A stretch of 64,000 bases of DNA, from contig CAZDBO010000001.1 of assembly GCA_964503755.1 (NCBI GenBank), forward strand, positions 200,926 to 264,925, read 5' to 3'. The notes beneath the pieces were generated by a model. It was given only the letters and a program-made list of their open reading frames with translations. It had not been told where the DNA came from and ran no database searches. Position numbers and translations under genes: made by a program. Positions 8,125 to 18,664 of the stretch are shown piece after piece. This DNA is from an uncultured Candidatus Saccharibacteria bacterium (GTDB taxonomy: Bacteria; Patescibacteriota; Dojkabacteria; JAOAGR01). Position 1 is the first letter of the stretch; each line of letters starts with the position of its first letter.

Positions 8125-11019
8125 TTATAATCTTTTGCTTAATTCTCTCTGTTCTAGTTCGCGTAGAATTGTCTTAACAGTATCGCAATTATCCATGCGA
8201 CAGGCTATATGAGTGAAATTATTATTGAAAATATACTCAGCAACTTCACTCGGTTTTTCAAATCCACTTATATCAATTATAGAATTATCTTTTAAACTAT
8301 CTCGCTGTGATAAATATTTAACAAGATTTCTCATACCTTCTACAAATTTAGTTGACGCAGTAAGTTTTTCTACACCAAGCATGTTCATCTTCAACCTGAA
8401 TAGATCATAATAGCGTCCGTCAACAAGAATATTGTCCATAATTTCTTCTAAACGAAAAACGTTGATCATGCGCGATACATTGGCATAGATAAAAAATGTA
8501 GAAGATCTTTTTAATCCAACTTTATTTAATAATTGTTTGGTCTGAACTATATCCTTTTTATTACGATAATCCGGTAAAATAAGCGAAAGATTCTTAAATT
8601 TAGACCTAATATTGTTGTGTATTTGCACTAAAAAGTTAAGCATAACTTGACTTTCGTATGGGGGGCATATAACTAGTACTTTTTTTTCTAAACCTATTAT
8701 TTGTAAATTCTGTAAAAGTAAATTTATGCCTACAGGCATATCTTGGGTAAAAGAAAAAATCGCGCCATCATAATTAGCTAGAGAACGATCGACAACTTCG
8801 TCTATCAGATGAACATATACTTTTGATATTGTAGGCACAAAGTCCAGATATTTTTTATGTCTTTTAGGAGTATTAATTTCATGTATATATGATTCTTCTA
8901 TGTCAAAATTAAATTCTTTACTTTCATTTGATATCTTATTAAGCTCGTAATTTATAGAATCAATGGATGTTGTTGCCTGTTGTGGATTTACTTCACTACT
9001 GGTTCTAACGAGCTTTTGCAAACTATTGGCCCATAGTTTTGTTTGATCAGATTCACTGATTCCTTGTACTACATCTAAATTATTATTTTCTACTACTGTT
9101 TTTTTTTCATCTTCTGTTACATAATTTAATATACTTTCTAGTATACTTTGTTTATCTTCTTTATTTGTTTCTGCTATATAAATAGAGCTCTCAGAAATAT
9201 CTGATTTAACATCCGCCTGAATTATATATTCTTTTTTTGGTTCGACTGGTATAGATAAAGATTCGCCTTCTATACCTTCATGTGTTTGTCGTTCTAATTG
9301 TATTGTAAGGTCAATTTGCGTATTAGGTTCTGTTATTTCAAATGTTTCTTGTGATAAAGAATTTTCATTTGTAACTTTATTTATGTTATCAGTCTTAAGT
9401 CCTTCCGTACTGTTCGATATACTTGATATTTCAATATTATTTGTTGCATTCGGGTCAGAAACGTATATTCCTCCTGTTTGAGGATCAATTCTTATTGGTT
9501 CACCTTCTTTTAATAGTCTATTTGCCAAAGGTGCACCAGTAATAATTGGTATTTTAAAATGTTCATAAAGCCTTATTGCCAATATCTCTGATGGTTCTAC
9601 TATTATAAATCCTCTAACTTTAAGATCAGCTCTAATATCCTCGAAACCTTCAAGGATAAGAATACTATCTTCGCTTGGAGATTCATAATTAAAAGTAGCC
9701 TTTCCCACAACTACTGAATCTCCCCTATAATATCGTCCTTCAATCAAAGGACGTTGTTTAAATATTACATTGTTGTCCATATGATCATAGATTACATTTT
9801 TTTGAAATTCTTTTCTAGTGTTGTTTTCAACAGTAATATTTTCTGCTTTATTTATATAGTTTGATGATAAATTTTCATTTAAATTTGTCGCCACGTCTTG
9901 ATCATCTGTAATGGGCTTAAATATTTGTTGGGGTAATTCAGTTTGTTCAAAATGAATAATAAAACTATTTTGATTTACTTGATCTAAAAATTGATTATGT
10001 TTTGCGCTTAGGGTAATATCTTCTATTTGCTGTGTATCTGATAATTTATCGTCTTCTTGATAATTAATCTCGATTTGTTCTGAGTTTTTATTGTCTCTAA
10101 CTTCGATTTGTTCTGCAGTTTTTTCAGGTATTGCGTTATTAATTTCTATTTCTGTTTCATCTATTTCTGTATCAAATATGATATCCTCAGTACTTTTTTT
10201 AGGTACATAATCTATTTGATTAATGTAATAAATCCATATTTTGCCATTATCTAGCATCCAGTGTATTTCATAATCTCTATGAAGTTCTTCTGAGATGATT
10301 TTTATAGTTTTGGTTAGTGATTTAATATGTTTGTCGTCTATTTTTTGTTTCTTTTGCCAAGCAACAGAAACTTCTATCTGCTTGTATGGTAATGCATCAT
10401 GTCCTCGAATATACATGAATTTTTGTTCTGCAATATGTTTCTCGAGTATTTTTTCTGTATTTTTATTTACGATATAAGTGTCATATTCAATATTTAGATT
10501 GTTAACTGGTATTCCATAAGCAGCCTCGATAAGTATTGTTTCATCAGAATTGTTTAATACATTCTTGGAAAAAGCATATCCAAAAGAATCACAGTTATTT
10601 GATTTTAGTATCAGTATGTTAACTATACTATTTGAATATTGTTTCAAAACATTTGTCTGCATCTCATTAATAACATCTTCTATTGAAAAGATTATCTTTT
10701 GTATACCTTTTACTTGATATGCACATAAATCTTTTATAATCTGATTATTATCATTAGATTTAATAAAAACGAAGATATTGACATATGATTCGGTTAATCC
10801 AGATATTGATTCATATTGGTCAATTATTTCTTTGGAAATTGAGTCTCTAATATGTGAATCAGTAGAATTGCTTGCTAATTTTGTTACTCCACTATGACTT
10901 ATTATAAATCCATTTGGTATAGGTAGTAATTCTTTATATAGATCTGATAATAAAACTGTTAAATCAGTAAAATCTTGGCCTGCTTTGATTTTTTCTTGTA
11001 GACTATATACGTGCTTCAT
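8125..11019 (-). CDS. large PEP-utilising enzyme (PEP synthase/PPDK)-like multidomain protein, probably non-canonical
   Basis: 964 aa. The N-terminus resembles the PPDK/PEPS nucleotide-binding domain (PIPNGFIISHSG...). The central segment resembles the PEP-utilisers mobile domain (...RGFIIVEPSEILAIRLYEHFKIPIITGAPLANRLLKEGEPIRIDPQTGGIYV) but has no His at the phospho-carrier position. The C-terminal roughly 240 aa are TIM-barrel-like. Long E/N/Q/I-rich low-complexity linkers separate the domains. Confidence 0.5.
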   Translation of the reverse strand: MKHVYSLQEKIKAGQDFTDLTVLLSDLYKELLPIPNGFIISHSGVTKLASNSTDSHIRDSISKEIIDQYESISGLTESYVNIFVFIKSNDNNQIIKDLCAYQVKGIQKIIFSIEDVINEMQTNVLKQYSNSIVNILILKSNNCDSFGYAFSKNVLNNSDETILIEAAYGIPVNNLNIEYDTYIVNKNTEKILEKHIAEQKFMYIRGHDALPYKQIEVSVAWQKKQKIDDKHIKSLTKTIKIISEELHRDYEIHWMLDNGKIWIYYINQIDYVPKKSTEDIIFDTEIDETEIEINNAIPEKTAEQIEVRDNKNSEQIEINYQEDDKLSDTQQIEDITLSAKHNQFLDQVNQNSFIIHFEQTELPQQIFKPITDDQDVATNLNENLSSNYINKAENITVENNTRKEFQKNVIYDHMDNNVIFKQRPLIEGRYYRGDSVVVGKATFNYESPSEDSILILEGFEDIRADLKVRGFIIVEPSEILAIRLYEHFKIPIITGAPLANRLLKEGEPIRIDPQTGGIYVSDPNATNNIEISSISNSTEGLKTDNINKVTNENSLSQETFEITEPNTQIDLTIQLERQTHEGIEGESLSIPVEPKKEYIIQADVKSDISESSIYIAETNKEDKQSILESILNYVTEDEKKTVVENNNLDVVQGISESDQTKLWANSLQKLVRTSSEVNPQQATTSIDSINYELNKISNESKEFNFDIEESYIHEINTPKRHKKYLDFVPTISKVYVHLIDEVVDRSLANYDGAIFSFTQDMPVGINLLLQNLQIIGLEKKVLVICPPYESQVMLNFLVQIHNNIRSKFKNLSLILPDYRNKKDIVQTKQLLNKVGLKRSSTFFIYANVSRMINVFRLEEIMDNILVDGRYYDLFRLKMNMLGVEKLTASTKFVEGMRNLVKYLSQRDSLKDNSIIDISGFEKPSEVAEYIFNNNFTHIACRMDNCDTVKTILRELEQRELSKRL

Positions 11020-11078
11020 TATTTATTCATATAGCATATTTGAGATATAGTCACAATGTTAGCAGACAGTAAGAGTGA

Positions 11079-13559
11079 TTGCTAAAAATGATTGGCTGTA
11101 CTACAATATTGATAGCTATGGAAAATTATTTTAGTAACAGTGCCAAACAAGTTTTACAAGAAGCCGCACAATTAGCGGTTGAACGTGGTACAACTTATAT
11201 AGACACGGAGCATCTTTTGTATGCTGCTATACAAACGGAAATAAATAGAAAGATATTAGAAGAGATCAATAAAAATCCAGAGACCATTATTGAATATCTG
11301 GATAACAACATGCCTACATTTTCTAGGAGATTTTATGGAACTATTGCCGCTGATTTGACGCCACGTGCAAAACAAACATTAAATTTAGCTTTTGAATTTG
11401 CAAGGGAATTTGGGCATGGATATGTAGGTGTGGAACACGTTCTTTTAGGGATTTTAGAAGAAGGTGAAGGATTTGGGGCACAAGTTTTAAGAAGGTTTGG
11501 AGTAACAGTTGAAGATTTAAAAAAAGCCATAAAAAAAGTACTTGGTGAGGGTAGCAAACAGACTACAAAATCTGATACTCCTACTTTAGATAAATACTGT
11601 CGTGATGTTACAAAGCTTGCAAGAGAAGGAAAGATTGATCCAGTTATTGGGCGTAAAAATGAGATCGAAAGAGTAACTCAGATTCTTTCACGACGAAGAA
11701 AAAATAATCCTGTTTTGATTGGAGAACCAGGGGTTGGAAAAACTGCAATCGTAGAAGGATTGGCATTGAAAATCGTTCAGGGAAACGTTCCAGATGTATT
11801 GCAGGATAAGCGCGTTCTTGCTTTGGATATGGGAATGCTTATCGCTGGCACAAAATATCAAGGTGAGTTTGAAGAAAGGGTTACTAAAATTATCAAAGAG
11901 TTGCAATCATCTGGCGGAAATATAATTCTTTTCTTGGATGAATTGCACACTATTGTTGGGGCTGGAGCTGCTGAAGGCAAAACTGATTTGTCCAATTTGC
12001 TAAAACCCGCATTAGCAAGAGGAGAGTTACAAGCTATTGGTGCGACTACGCTTATAGAATACAAGAAATATATAGAAAAGGATCCAGCTCTTGAGAGGAG
12101 ATTTCAGCCAGTACTTGTTTTAGAGCCATCAATAGAAGATGCTATACAGATATTGAAAGGATTAAGAGATAAATATGAAGCACATCATAAAATACAGATT
12201 TCTGATGAAGCAATAGAAGCAGCTGTCAATCTGAGTGTTAAGTATATTAGTGACAGATTTTTGCCTGACAAAGCACTAGATGTGCTCGATGAATCTGCAT
12301 CAATGTTGAGGTTAAAAGCTATAAATGAACCAGAACCTATCAGAAACATAAAGCAGAAAATAACTGATTTGGAAAGAGAAAGAGAAGCTCTAACTCGTTC
12401 AAGAGAATACGAAAAAGCAGCATTAATAAAGCAAGAGGTAGAAAAGCTTAAAACAGAGCTACAACCATTAGAAGAAGAGTGGCTAAAAACTAGAGGTACT
12501 GGTACTCCGGTTTTAGGTGTAAATGAAATAGCCGAGGTTATTTCGAATATGACAGGTATTCCTGCAAATAAAATAAACAAGCAGGAAAAAGAAATACTGG
12601 CTAATCTTGAACAACTCTTACATAAAAGGGTTGTAGGACAAGAAAGAGCAGTAAATGCAGTTGCAAACGCGGTACGCAGATCGAGACTAGGTCTAAGTGA
12701 TGAAAAAAGGCCCATAGCTTCATTCTTATTTGTTGGACCAACAGGAGTGGGAAAAACTGAATTGGCAAAAGCCTTGGCTGAGAATTTATTTGGACATGAG
12801 TCAAATTTAATACGTATAGACATGAGTGAGTACATGGAGAAACATTCTGTTGCTCGTCTAATAGGAGCACCTCCAGGATATGTTGGGTATGAAGAAGGCG
12901 GACAGCTAACAGAAAGAGTTCGACGTAAGCCATATTCAGTTATATTATTAGACGAGATAGAAAAAGCTCATCCTGATGTCGCTAACATATTTTTACAAAT
13001 ATTAGAAGATGGACGTTTGACAGATGGACATGGTCGTACAGTTAATTTTAGAAATACAATAATTATTGCTACCTCAAATGTAGCATCTAACCAAATTTTT
13101 GAATATTACGAGAAGCAAAGAGATAATATAGCAGAAAAACCAGAAAGTAGTATTTTAAAATTCAAAGAGGATGAAGGAAAGAAGGATATAGAAACTGTAG
13201 TAATCAATGCGCTCAAAAGTGTTTTCAGGATAGAGTTAATCAACAGATTTGATGGTATCATTGTTTTCGAACCACTTAGCCGAGATATAATTCAGCAAAT
13301 AGTCAGATTGCATCTGACTATATTGGTAGAAAAATTAGAAAGAAATGAAATTAAATTATCTTATTCAGATGAAGTAGTCGAATACATAGCAAATAAAAGT
13401 TATAATCCTCGCTTTGGAGCTCGAGAGGTACGTAGATTTGTACAAAAACATGTTGAATATCTTATTTCAAATTATTTGATAAGTAGAGATTCAAATATTA
13501 GTCAGAACATTAGGCTTGTTTTAGAGGATGAAAAAATAAATATAGTTGAAGATTGTTAA
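11079..13559 (+). CDS. clpC: ATP-dependent Clp ATPase, ClpC/ClpB family (two AAA+ modules)
   Basis: Clp N-domain repeats, Walker [16 protein letters not shown] and [15 protein letters not shown], and a short coiled-coil middle domain typical of ClpC. The start is either 11079 or ATG 11118 (MENYFSN...). Confidence 0.85.
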   Translation: MLKMIGCTTILIAMENYFSNSAKQVLQEAAQLAVERGTTYIDTEHLLYAAIQTEINRKILEEINKNPETIIEYLDNNMPTFSRRFYGTIAADLTPRAKQTLNLAFEFAREFGHGYVGVEHVLLGILEEGEGFGAQVLRRFGVTVEDLKKAIKKVLGEGSKQTTKSDTPTLDKYCRDVTKLAREGKIDPVIGRKNEIERVTQILSRRRKNNPVLIGEPGVGKTAIVEGLALKIVQGNVPDVLQDKRVLALDMGMLIAGTKYQGEFEERVTKIIKELQSSGGNIILFLDELHTIVGAGAAEGKTDLSNLLKPALARGELQAIGATTLIEYKKYIEKDPALERRFQPVLVLEPSIEDAIQILKGLRDKYEAHHKIQISDEAIEAAVNLSVKYISDRFLPDKALDVLDESASMLRLKAINEPEPIRNIKQKITDLEREREALTRSREYEKAALIKQEVEKLKTELQPLEEEWLKTRGTGTPVLGVNEIAEVISNMTGIPANKINKQEKEILANLEQLLHKRVVGQERAVNAVANAVRRSRLGLSDEKRPIASFLFVGPTGVGKTELAKALAENLFGHESNLIRIDMSEYMEKHSVARLIGAPPGYVGYEEGGQLTERVRRKPYSVILLDEIEKAHPDVANIFLQILEDGRLTDGHGRTVNFRNTIIIATSNVASNQIFEYYEKQRDNIAEKPESSILKFKEDEGKKDIETVVINALKSVFRIELINRFDGIIVFEPLSRDIIQQIVRLHLTILVEKLERNEIKLSYSDEVVEYIANKSYNPRFGAREVRRFVQKHVEYLISNYLISRDSNISQNIRLVLEDEKINIVEDC

Positions 13560-13771
13560 AGTGTTTTTTTGATTTGAAAAGATTTTCTTCTAGATTTATA
13601 GATATTTTAATAGTGTTTGATTAAATAATAAAATACGTGCATTTTGATTGTGAATAATTCTTGTGATTATTTTTTCCTAAAGATTATGACAATTTATTAG
13701 GATAGATTTTAAGATTATCGATTTTGTGGTAAATTTACTACAAGATTAAATCTATTATAATTAAGGCTATC

Positions 13772-15280
13772 ATGGATACGTCTAAGTTTATTCCGATCAT
13801 TGGCCTTGAAATACATGTACAATTGAAAACGAACTCAAAGTTGTTTTGTTCTTGTAGTGCTGAAGGGGATGAACCAAACACGAATGTATGCGAGATATGT
13901 CTTGCATATCCAGGGTCAATGCCAAATCTTAATATTGAGGGAGTGCGCAAAGCTATTATGGCGGGTATTGCTCTAAACTGTAATATAGAAAGGATAACTG
14001 CTTGGGATAGAAAAAGTTATATGTATCCGGATTTATTTAAAGGATACCAGATTAGTCAATATGATAAACCAATATGCTATGATGGCAATGTAGAATTTGT
14101 TGTCAGATCAAGAAAAAATTATTACTCATCAGATGCTTATAAAAAAAGAGTAGGTATTTTTAGAGCTCATCTAGAAGAAGATACAGCTAAATCTACGCAT
14201 GAAGGAGATTATACACTTATTGACGCCAATAAAGCAGGTATTCCACTTTTGGAGATTGTAACTAAGCCTGAATTATACTCTGTAGATGAGGCGGTAAGTT
14301 TTGCAAAACGAGTCAGAGATTTGATCCGATGGTATGAAATTTCTGAATGTGATATGGAAAAAGGACATATGCGTTTTGATGCTAATATCTCTATTTGCGT
14401 GAATAATCCCAATATTAGGTCAAAGAGGTATGAAGAATGGGGAGATATATTGTTTACTCCAATTGTTGAAATTAAAAATTTAAATTCTTTTGGAAATTTG
14501 GAAGCAGCACTAGAGTATGAAATAAAAAGACAGATTGAAGAGTATAAGCAAACTGGAATTTTGTATTCTAAAGGTCAAAAGGAGACAAGAGGGTTTGATG
14601 CGGATAAAGGTGTTACATACATTCAAAGAAAAAAAGAGGAAGCAAATGAATATAGATATATTCCAGAACCTGATATTCCATACTTAGAAATAACTCAGCA
14701 AGATATAGATCAGATCAGATCTCAAATGGGCATTACACCATTAGAAGCTGTAGACTCAATTAGATCGGATGTCCCAGATATCAATGAATACGTAATAGAG
14801 TTGATTTTGGGAGAAAGAAAATTATTTGATATATATACTGATCTAAAACAGAGAACAGGGTTAGAACCAAAAAAGTTAATTAATTTAATGATAAACGAAT
14901 TAAAACCTGATCTTGATGTTTTGATTGACCGACAAAATGATTTATCTGATTGGATGGATCAGATCGTGCAAGTACTAATTAGTTTTAGGGAAAATAAAAT
15001 TTCACAGAATCAATTGAAGCTTTTATTTTCTAAGCATCAGGTCGGTAAAGCAGACTTCGAAGAGCTTTTGAATGAATTAAAATATGGAGATGTTGATTTA
15101 GACTTGGAAAAAATTGTGAGTACAGTTATAAATTCAAATCCTTCTGTCATAGAGCAGATCAAAGGCGGCAAAGAATCAGCAAAAATGTTTCTTTTGGGAC
15201 AAGTAATGAAGATCACAAAAGGAAAAGCTGATCCAAACTTGAGTAAGTCCATAATTGATAAACAAATAAACTTAATCTAA
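13772..15280 (+). CDS. gatB: Asp/Glu-tRNA(Asn/Gln) amidotransferase subunit B
   Basis: 502 aa, MDTSKFIPIIGLEIHVQLKTNSKLFCSC..., with a GatB/YqeY C-terminal domain. Confidence 0.9.
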   Translation: MDTSKFIPIIGLEIHVQLKTNSKLFCSCSAEGDEPNTNVCEICLAYPGSMPNLNIEGVRKAIMAGIALNCNIERITAWDRKSYMYPDLFKGYQISQYDKPICYDGNVEFVVRSRKNYYSSDAYKKRVGIFRAHLEEDTAKSTHEGDYTLIDANKAGIPLLEIVTKPELYSVDEAVSFAKRVRDLIRWYEISECDMEKGHMRFDANISICVNNPNIRSKRYEEWGDILFTPIVEIKNLNSFGNLEAALEYEIKRQIEEYKQTGILYSKGQKETRGFDADKGVTYIQRKKEEANEYRYIPEPDIPYLEITQQDIDQIRSQMGITPLEAVDSIRSDVPDINEYVIELILGERKLFDIYTDLKQRTGLEPKKLINLMINELKPDLDVLIDRQNDLSDWMDQIVQVLISFRENKISQNQLKLLFSKHQVGKADFEELLNELKYGDVDLDLEKIVSTVINSNPSVIEQIKGGKESAKMFLLGQVMKITKGKADPNLSKSIIDKQINLI

Positions 15281-15282
15281 GT

Positions 15283-15813
15283 TTATCTTATATTTTCTAA
15301 TTTTTTATTTATTTTTATAAGTATAATCAACGATAAGATACCAGAAATAGTATAAAATGTGATTAGTATATGATCGCTAAATAGTTCATATCCAAATCTT
15401 CTCCAGGAATAGCCTGGCCAATTTTGTAATATTGCGGGTAGTTGCCAAATACAACCACCTAATATTTGGCTTATTGAACCAATGAAAATTGAAAGACACA
15501 CAAAAATTATTAATTCATAAAATGTTTTCTCTAATTTATTGTTTTTAAATTTAAATTGTTTTTTTTCTTTGAAATAAAGTATGATGGCCATTAAAATGGA
15601 AAAGTACCATAGAAAGGGAATAACGAGTTTTTCGTGAAACCATTCCCAAGAGATCCAATAATTTTTAGATAAAAAGAAAAAGTGTGGGAGGATAAATAAA
15701 TTTGAAATTATCAATAAATAAATAAAATAATATTTTAATTTAGAAAACAATACTTCTGTAATGTTTAGTATATAGTCTAGTATTTTCTTTGTTTTTATAG
15801 AATAATACTGCAT
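15283..15813 (-). CDS. hypothetical polytopic membrane protein
   Basis: Hydrophobic ORF. The start is placed at the internal Met (MQYYS...) so that it lies divergent to yidC and does not overlap it. Confidence 0.35.
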   Translation of the reverse strand: MQYYSIKTKKILDYILNITEVLFSKLKYYFIYLLIISNLFILPHFFFLSKNYWISWEWFHEKLVIPFLWYFSILMAIILYFKEKKQFKFKNNKLEKTFYELIIFVCLSIFIGSISQILGGCIWQLPAILQNWPGYSWRRFGYELFSDHILITFYTISGILSLIILIKINKKLENIR

Positions 15814-15814
15814 T

Positions 15815-16702
15815 ATGTTTGATCTAATTATACTAAATCCGCTAACTAATTTGTTTATTGGATTGTATTTTCTTTTTTGGGAAAACATTGGCTTAGCTAT
15901 CATTGTATTCACAATTTTAATAAGGATTTTATTGTTGCCATTGAACATACAGCAGATAAAGACTCAACGTAAAATTGCAAAATTACATCCTAAACTTCTA
16001 GAATTACAATCAAAGAAAGATCCAAATAAGCTGACCCTTGATGACATCAATCTTGTAAAAGAAACAACAGTGGGCTTTTTGGGTGGCTGTCTCTTTCTTA
16101 TCTTGCAAATACCAGTGTTCTGGGCTTTGAATGTACTTATTCATGACATTTCTAATGTTAATACCGATGCAAATAAAGGAGGAGATTTTTTTAATAATAG
16201 AATTTATTTTGATTTTTTGAAAAGGGATCATTCATATGTATTTAATACTAATTTTATAGGTATTGATTTGACTTTAATACCATCGCGGTTGGATTTTAAT
16301 CAGTTTTCAACCGTTATTATCATAGTTCTTTCTTTGGTATTTTTATCCCAGTATCTTTCTTCACTTTTAATGTTGCGAATGCAAGATCTAAGTTCTGGAT
16401 TCAATAAAAATCAAAAAAAGAAAAAAGTTAAAAGTAAAGAAGAAAAAGAGCATGAGGAAATGATAGAGATGCAAAAAAAGACAATGAGGTTTCAAATGCT
16501 TTATTTGATACCAGGTATGGTAGTTTTTGGGGCTTATTATTTTAGTTTTGCTTTGTCTTTGTATTGGATTGTACAAAATATACTAGGAATAATTCAGATA
16601 ATACTTCAGTATTCTTATACAAGAGGTAAAATTGATTATGGTAAAATGCAAGAGATACTAGGTTATAAAATAATAAAAAATTTATGGCAGAAGAAAAGTT
16701 AA
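15815..16702 (+). CDS. yidC: membrane protein insertase YidC (short form)
   Basis: 295 aa with ...GLAIIVFTILIRILLLPLNIQQIKTQRKIAKLHPKLLELQ..., the YidC/Oxa1 core. Confidence 0.8.
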   Translation: MFDLIILNPLTNLFIGLYFLFWENIGLAIIVFTILIRILLLPLNIQQIKTQRKIAKLHPKLLELQSKKDPNKLTLDDINLVKETTVGFLGGCLFLILQIPVFWALNVLIHDISNVNTDANKGGDFFNNRIYFDFLKRDHSYVFNTNFIGIDLTLIPSRLDFNQFSTVIIIVLSLVFLSQYLSSLLMLRMQDLSSGFNKNQKKKKVKSKEEKEHEEMIEMQKKTMRFQMLYLIPGMVVFGAYYFSFALSLYWIVQNILGIIQIILQYSYTRGKIDYGKMQEILGYKIIKNLWQKKS

Positions 16703-17172
16703 ATATAGTCAAAGATATAGTCAGCAGATTTTTACAATTACTATTAGAAGAAGGTAAGTATGAATTTGATATACAAGTGCTTTCTCAAAATGAAATAAAA
16801 ATATATATAGGTGGAGAATATTCTGCTTATTTAATAGGTAAGAGGGGAAATACTCTTTTGGCATTACAGCATCTGATAAGACAGATATATATTCAAAATA
16901 CCGGTGACTTTGCTGAAAATATAAAACTAATAATAGATGTAGATGACTACAAAAGAAAAAGAATAGAGAAACTTTATCAGATAGTAGATAAATATATTAG
17001 TGAAAATCATTATAAACAAAGGATACCTTTACCATCAATGAAGGCTTCTGATAGAAAAATTATTCATAATTATGTAACTCAGAAATATCCTCAATACAGT
17101 ACAAAAAGTGAAGGAGAAGAACCGCGAAGGAGAGTAGTTATATTTTTGAACAATGCACAAAATAATCAATAA
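16684..17172 (+). CDS. jag: Jag/KhpB RNA-binding protein (KH-like and R3H domains)
   Basis: 162 aa. Its position immediately after yidC is the classical arrangement, and it has a C-terminal R3H-like segment. Confidence 0.7.
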   Translation: MAEEKLNIVKDIVSRFLQLLLEEGKYEFDIQVLSQNEIKIYIGGEYSAYLIGKRGNTLLALQHLIRQIYIQNTGDFAENIKLIIDVDDYKRKRIEKLYQIVDKYISENHYKQRIPLPSMKASDRKIIHNYVTQKYPQYSTKSEGEEPRRRVVIFLNNAQNNQ

Positions 17173-18664
17173 CATAACACAAAAATTAGTTAATAGTCCA
17201 AAATTTTATCGTTTTTTGGAAATGCTGCCTGGTATTTTATCTCTATTATTTATTTTTTTACCGGTCATATTGGCATTTTTTAATCCTGTATGGGCTGCAT
17301 ATTTTGTGCTTTTATATATGGTTTATTGGACTTATAATAGTATAAAATTTATTGTATACGCATTTATAGCTCATAAAAAAGTTTTAACTGTAAAATCTAT
17401 TGACTGGATTGAAAAACTGAAAAGTGATTATCCGGATGAATGGAATAAATATTATTATGTAGCACTTATTCCTTTTGCTTCAGAATCAATAAATGTATTA
17501 AGGCCTACTGTTCAATCTATAGTAGATAACAACTGGCGAAAAGATCGTAAAATATTATGTTTGTCCTCAGAAAAAGCTATCCCAAAAGGAAAACAAGTTG
17601 CTGAAGAGCTTAGAGAAATTTTTAAGTATGAATTTGCATATATTTTTATCACAGAACACGAATTAAAAGAGGGAGAATTAAAGGGAAAAGCAGCTAACCA
17701 AAATCATGCGGCTAGATTTTTATATGATGAATTAATCAAGATCGGCCTAGACCCAAAATATGTTTTATTAACAAGTAATGATGCGGATGTTAGAAATGAT
17801 AAAGAATATATCCCGTATTTGATACACAAATTCTTATGCGAAGGTGATGAACGCTACTACCGTATTTATCAACCTATACCAACAGATTATTCTGATTTCT
17901 GGGATGCAAAATTTTTTTCTCGTTTAATTGTATCGATAGGGGCAAATTGGAGACTGGCCTTGCAGCAAAGAGATAATTATCGCTGTACTGTTTATTCTTT
18001 TTATTCGATGAGCTTGTATACTTTAAAAGAGATTGGATTTTGGGATGTTGATCTTATACCGGAGGATGAACGTACGATGTTTAAGGCTTTATTTCGTTTT
18101 GGTGAAAAATTTAAAGTTGTGCCATTATTTATTAATACTTATGGTAATCCTGTTCAAGCTGATTCATTTTGGAAAGCAGCGAAAGAACAGTACATACAAG
18201 TTCGTCGTTGGGCTTGGGGAGCATCAGAGTTTGCTTATTCGTTTACTCATGCATTAAAAAACACACATGTTTCTTGGAGGGTAAAACTTTTACCTATACT
18301 CAATCAGCTACGTACAGCGGTAGAATGGTCTTCATCGTCTATATTGCCATTGCTTGGAGGATACATACCAGGGCTTTTCAGTCAAGAATTTAGACTAACC
18401 ACATTAAATCATTATTTAGGACCAACCATTGTTTTACTTATTCAGTTAGCTTCCTTATTGGTCTTGATGATTGTTTATATAGAGTATCAATTGATACCCA
18501 AGAGTGATAATACCAAAGGTATTATGAGATTCTTAAAGTATATTCACTGGATACTAATGCCTTATGTTGGTTTGATTTTTAGTTCTATACCTGCTTTAGA
18601 CGCTCAGATAAAACTACTTTTGAATAAACGTATAGTTTATGTTGAAAGTAAAAAAGAAAAGTGA
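17153..18664 (+). CDS. integral-membrane processive family-2 glycosyltransferase (cellulose/chitin/hyaluronan synthase-like)
   Basis: 503 aa. TM helices flank a GT domain with a DxD-like TSNDAD, an ED motif (PEDERTMF) and the Q-x-x-R-W signature (QVRRWAWG). It ends with a TGA stop. Confidence 0.65.
   Translation: MHKIINNITQKLVNSPKFYRFLEMLPGILSLLFIFLPVILAFFNPVWAAYFVLLYMVYWTYNSIKFIVYAFIAHKKVLTVKSIDWIEKLKSDYPDEWNKYYYVALIPFASESINVLRPTVQSIVDNNWRKDRKILCLSSEKAIPKGKQVAEELREIFKYEFAYIFITEHELKEGELKGKAANQNHAARFLYDELIKIGLDPKYVLLTSNDADVRNDKEYIPYLIHKFLCEGDERYYRIYQPIPTDYSDFWDAKFFSRLIVSIGANWRLALQQRDNYRCTVYSFYSMSLYTLKEIGFWDVDLIPEDERTMFKALFRFGEKFKVVPLFINTYGNPVQADSFWKAAKEQYIQVRRWAWGASEFAYSFTHALKNTHVSWRVKLLPILNQLRTAVEWSSSSILPLLGGYIPGLFSQEFRLTTLNHYLGPTIVLLIQLASLLVLMIVYIEYQLIPKSDNTKGIMRFLKYIHWILMPYVGLIFSSIPALDAQIKLLLNKRIVYVESKKEK

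Noticed and set aside
8125-11019. Calling the 964-aa protein a functional PEP synthase or pyruvate phosphate dikinase
   Set aside because: The GGK nucleotide-loop motif and the catalytic histidine of the mobile domain are not present, and long low-complexity inserts interrupt the domains. It is annotated only as a PEP-utilising-enzyme-like scaffold.
11333-12933. Several minus-strand ORFs inside clpC (11333..11557, 11688..11906, 11858..12064, 12185..12835, 12601..12933)
   Set aside because: They are antisense to a strongly supported conserved gene. The translations are Ser/Pro/Cys-rich low complexity typical of antisense frames in a locally GC-richer gene.
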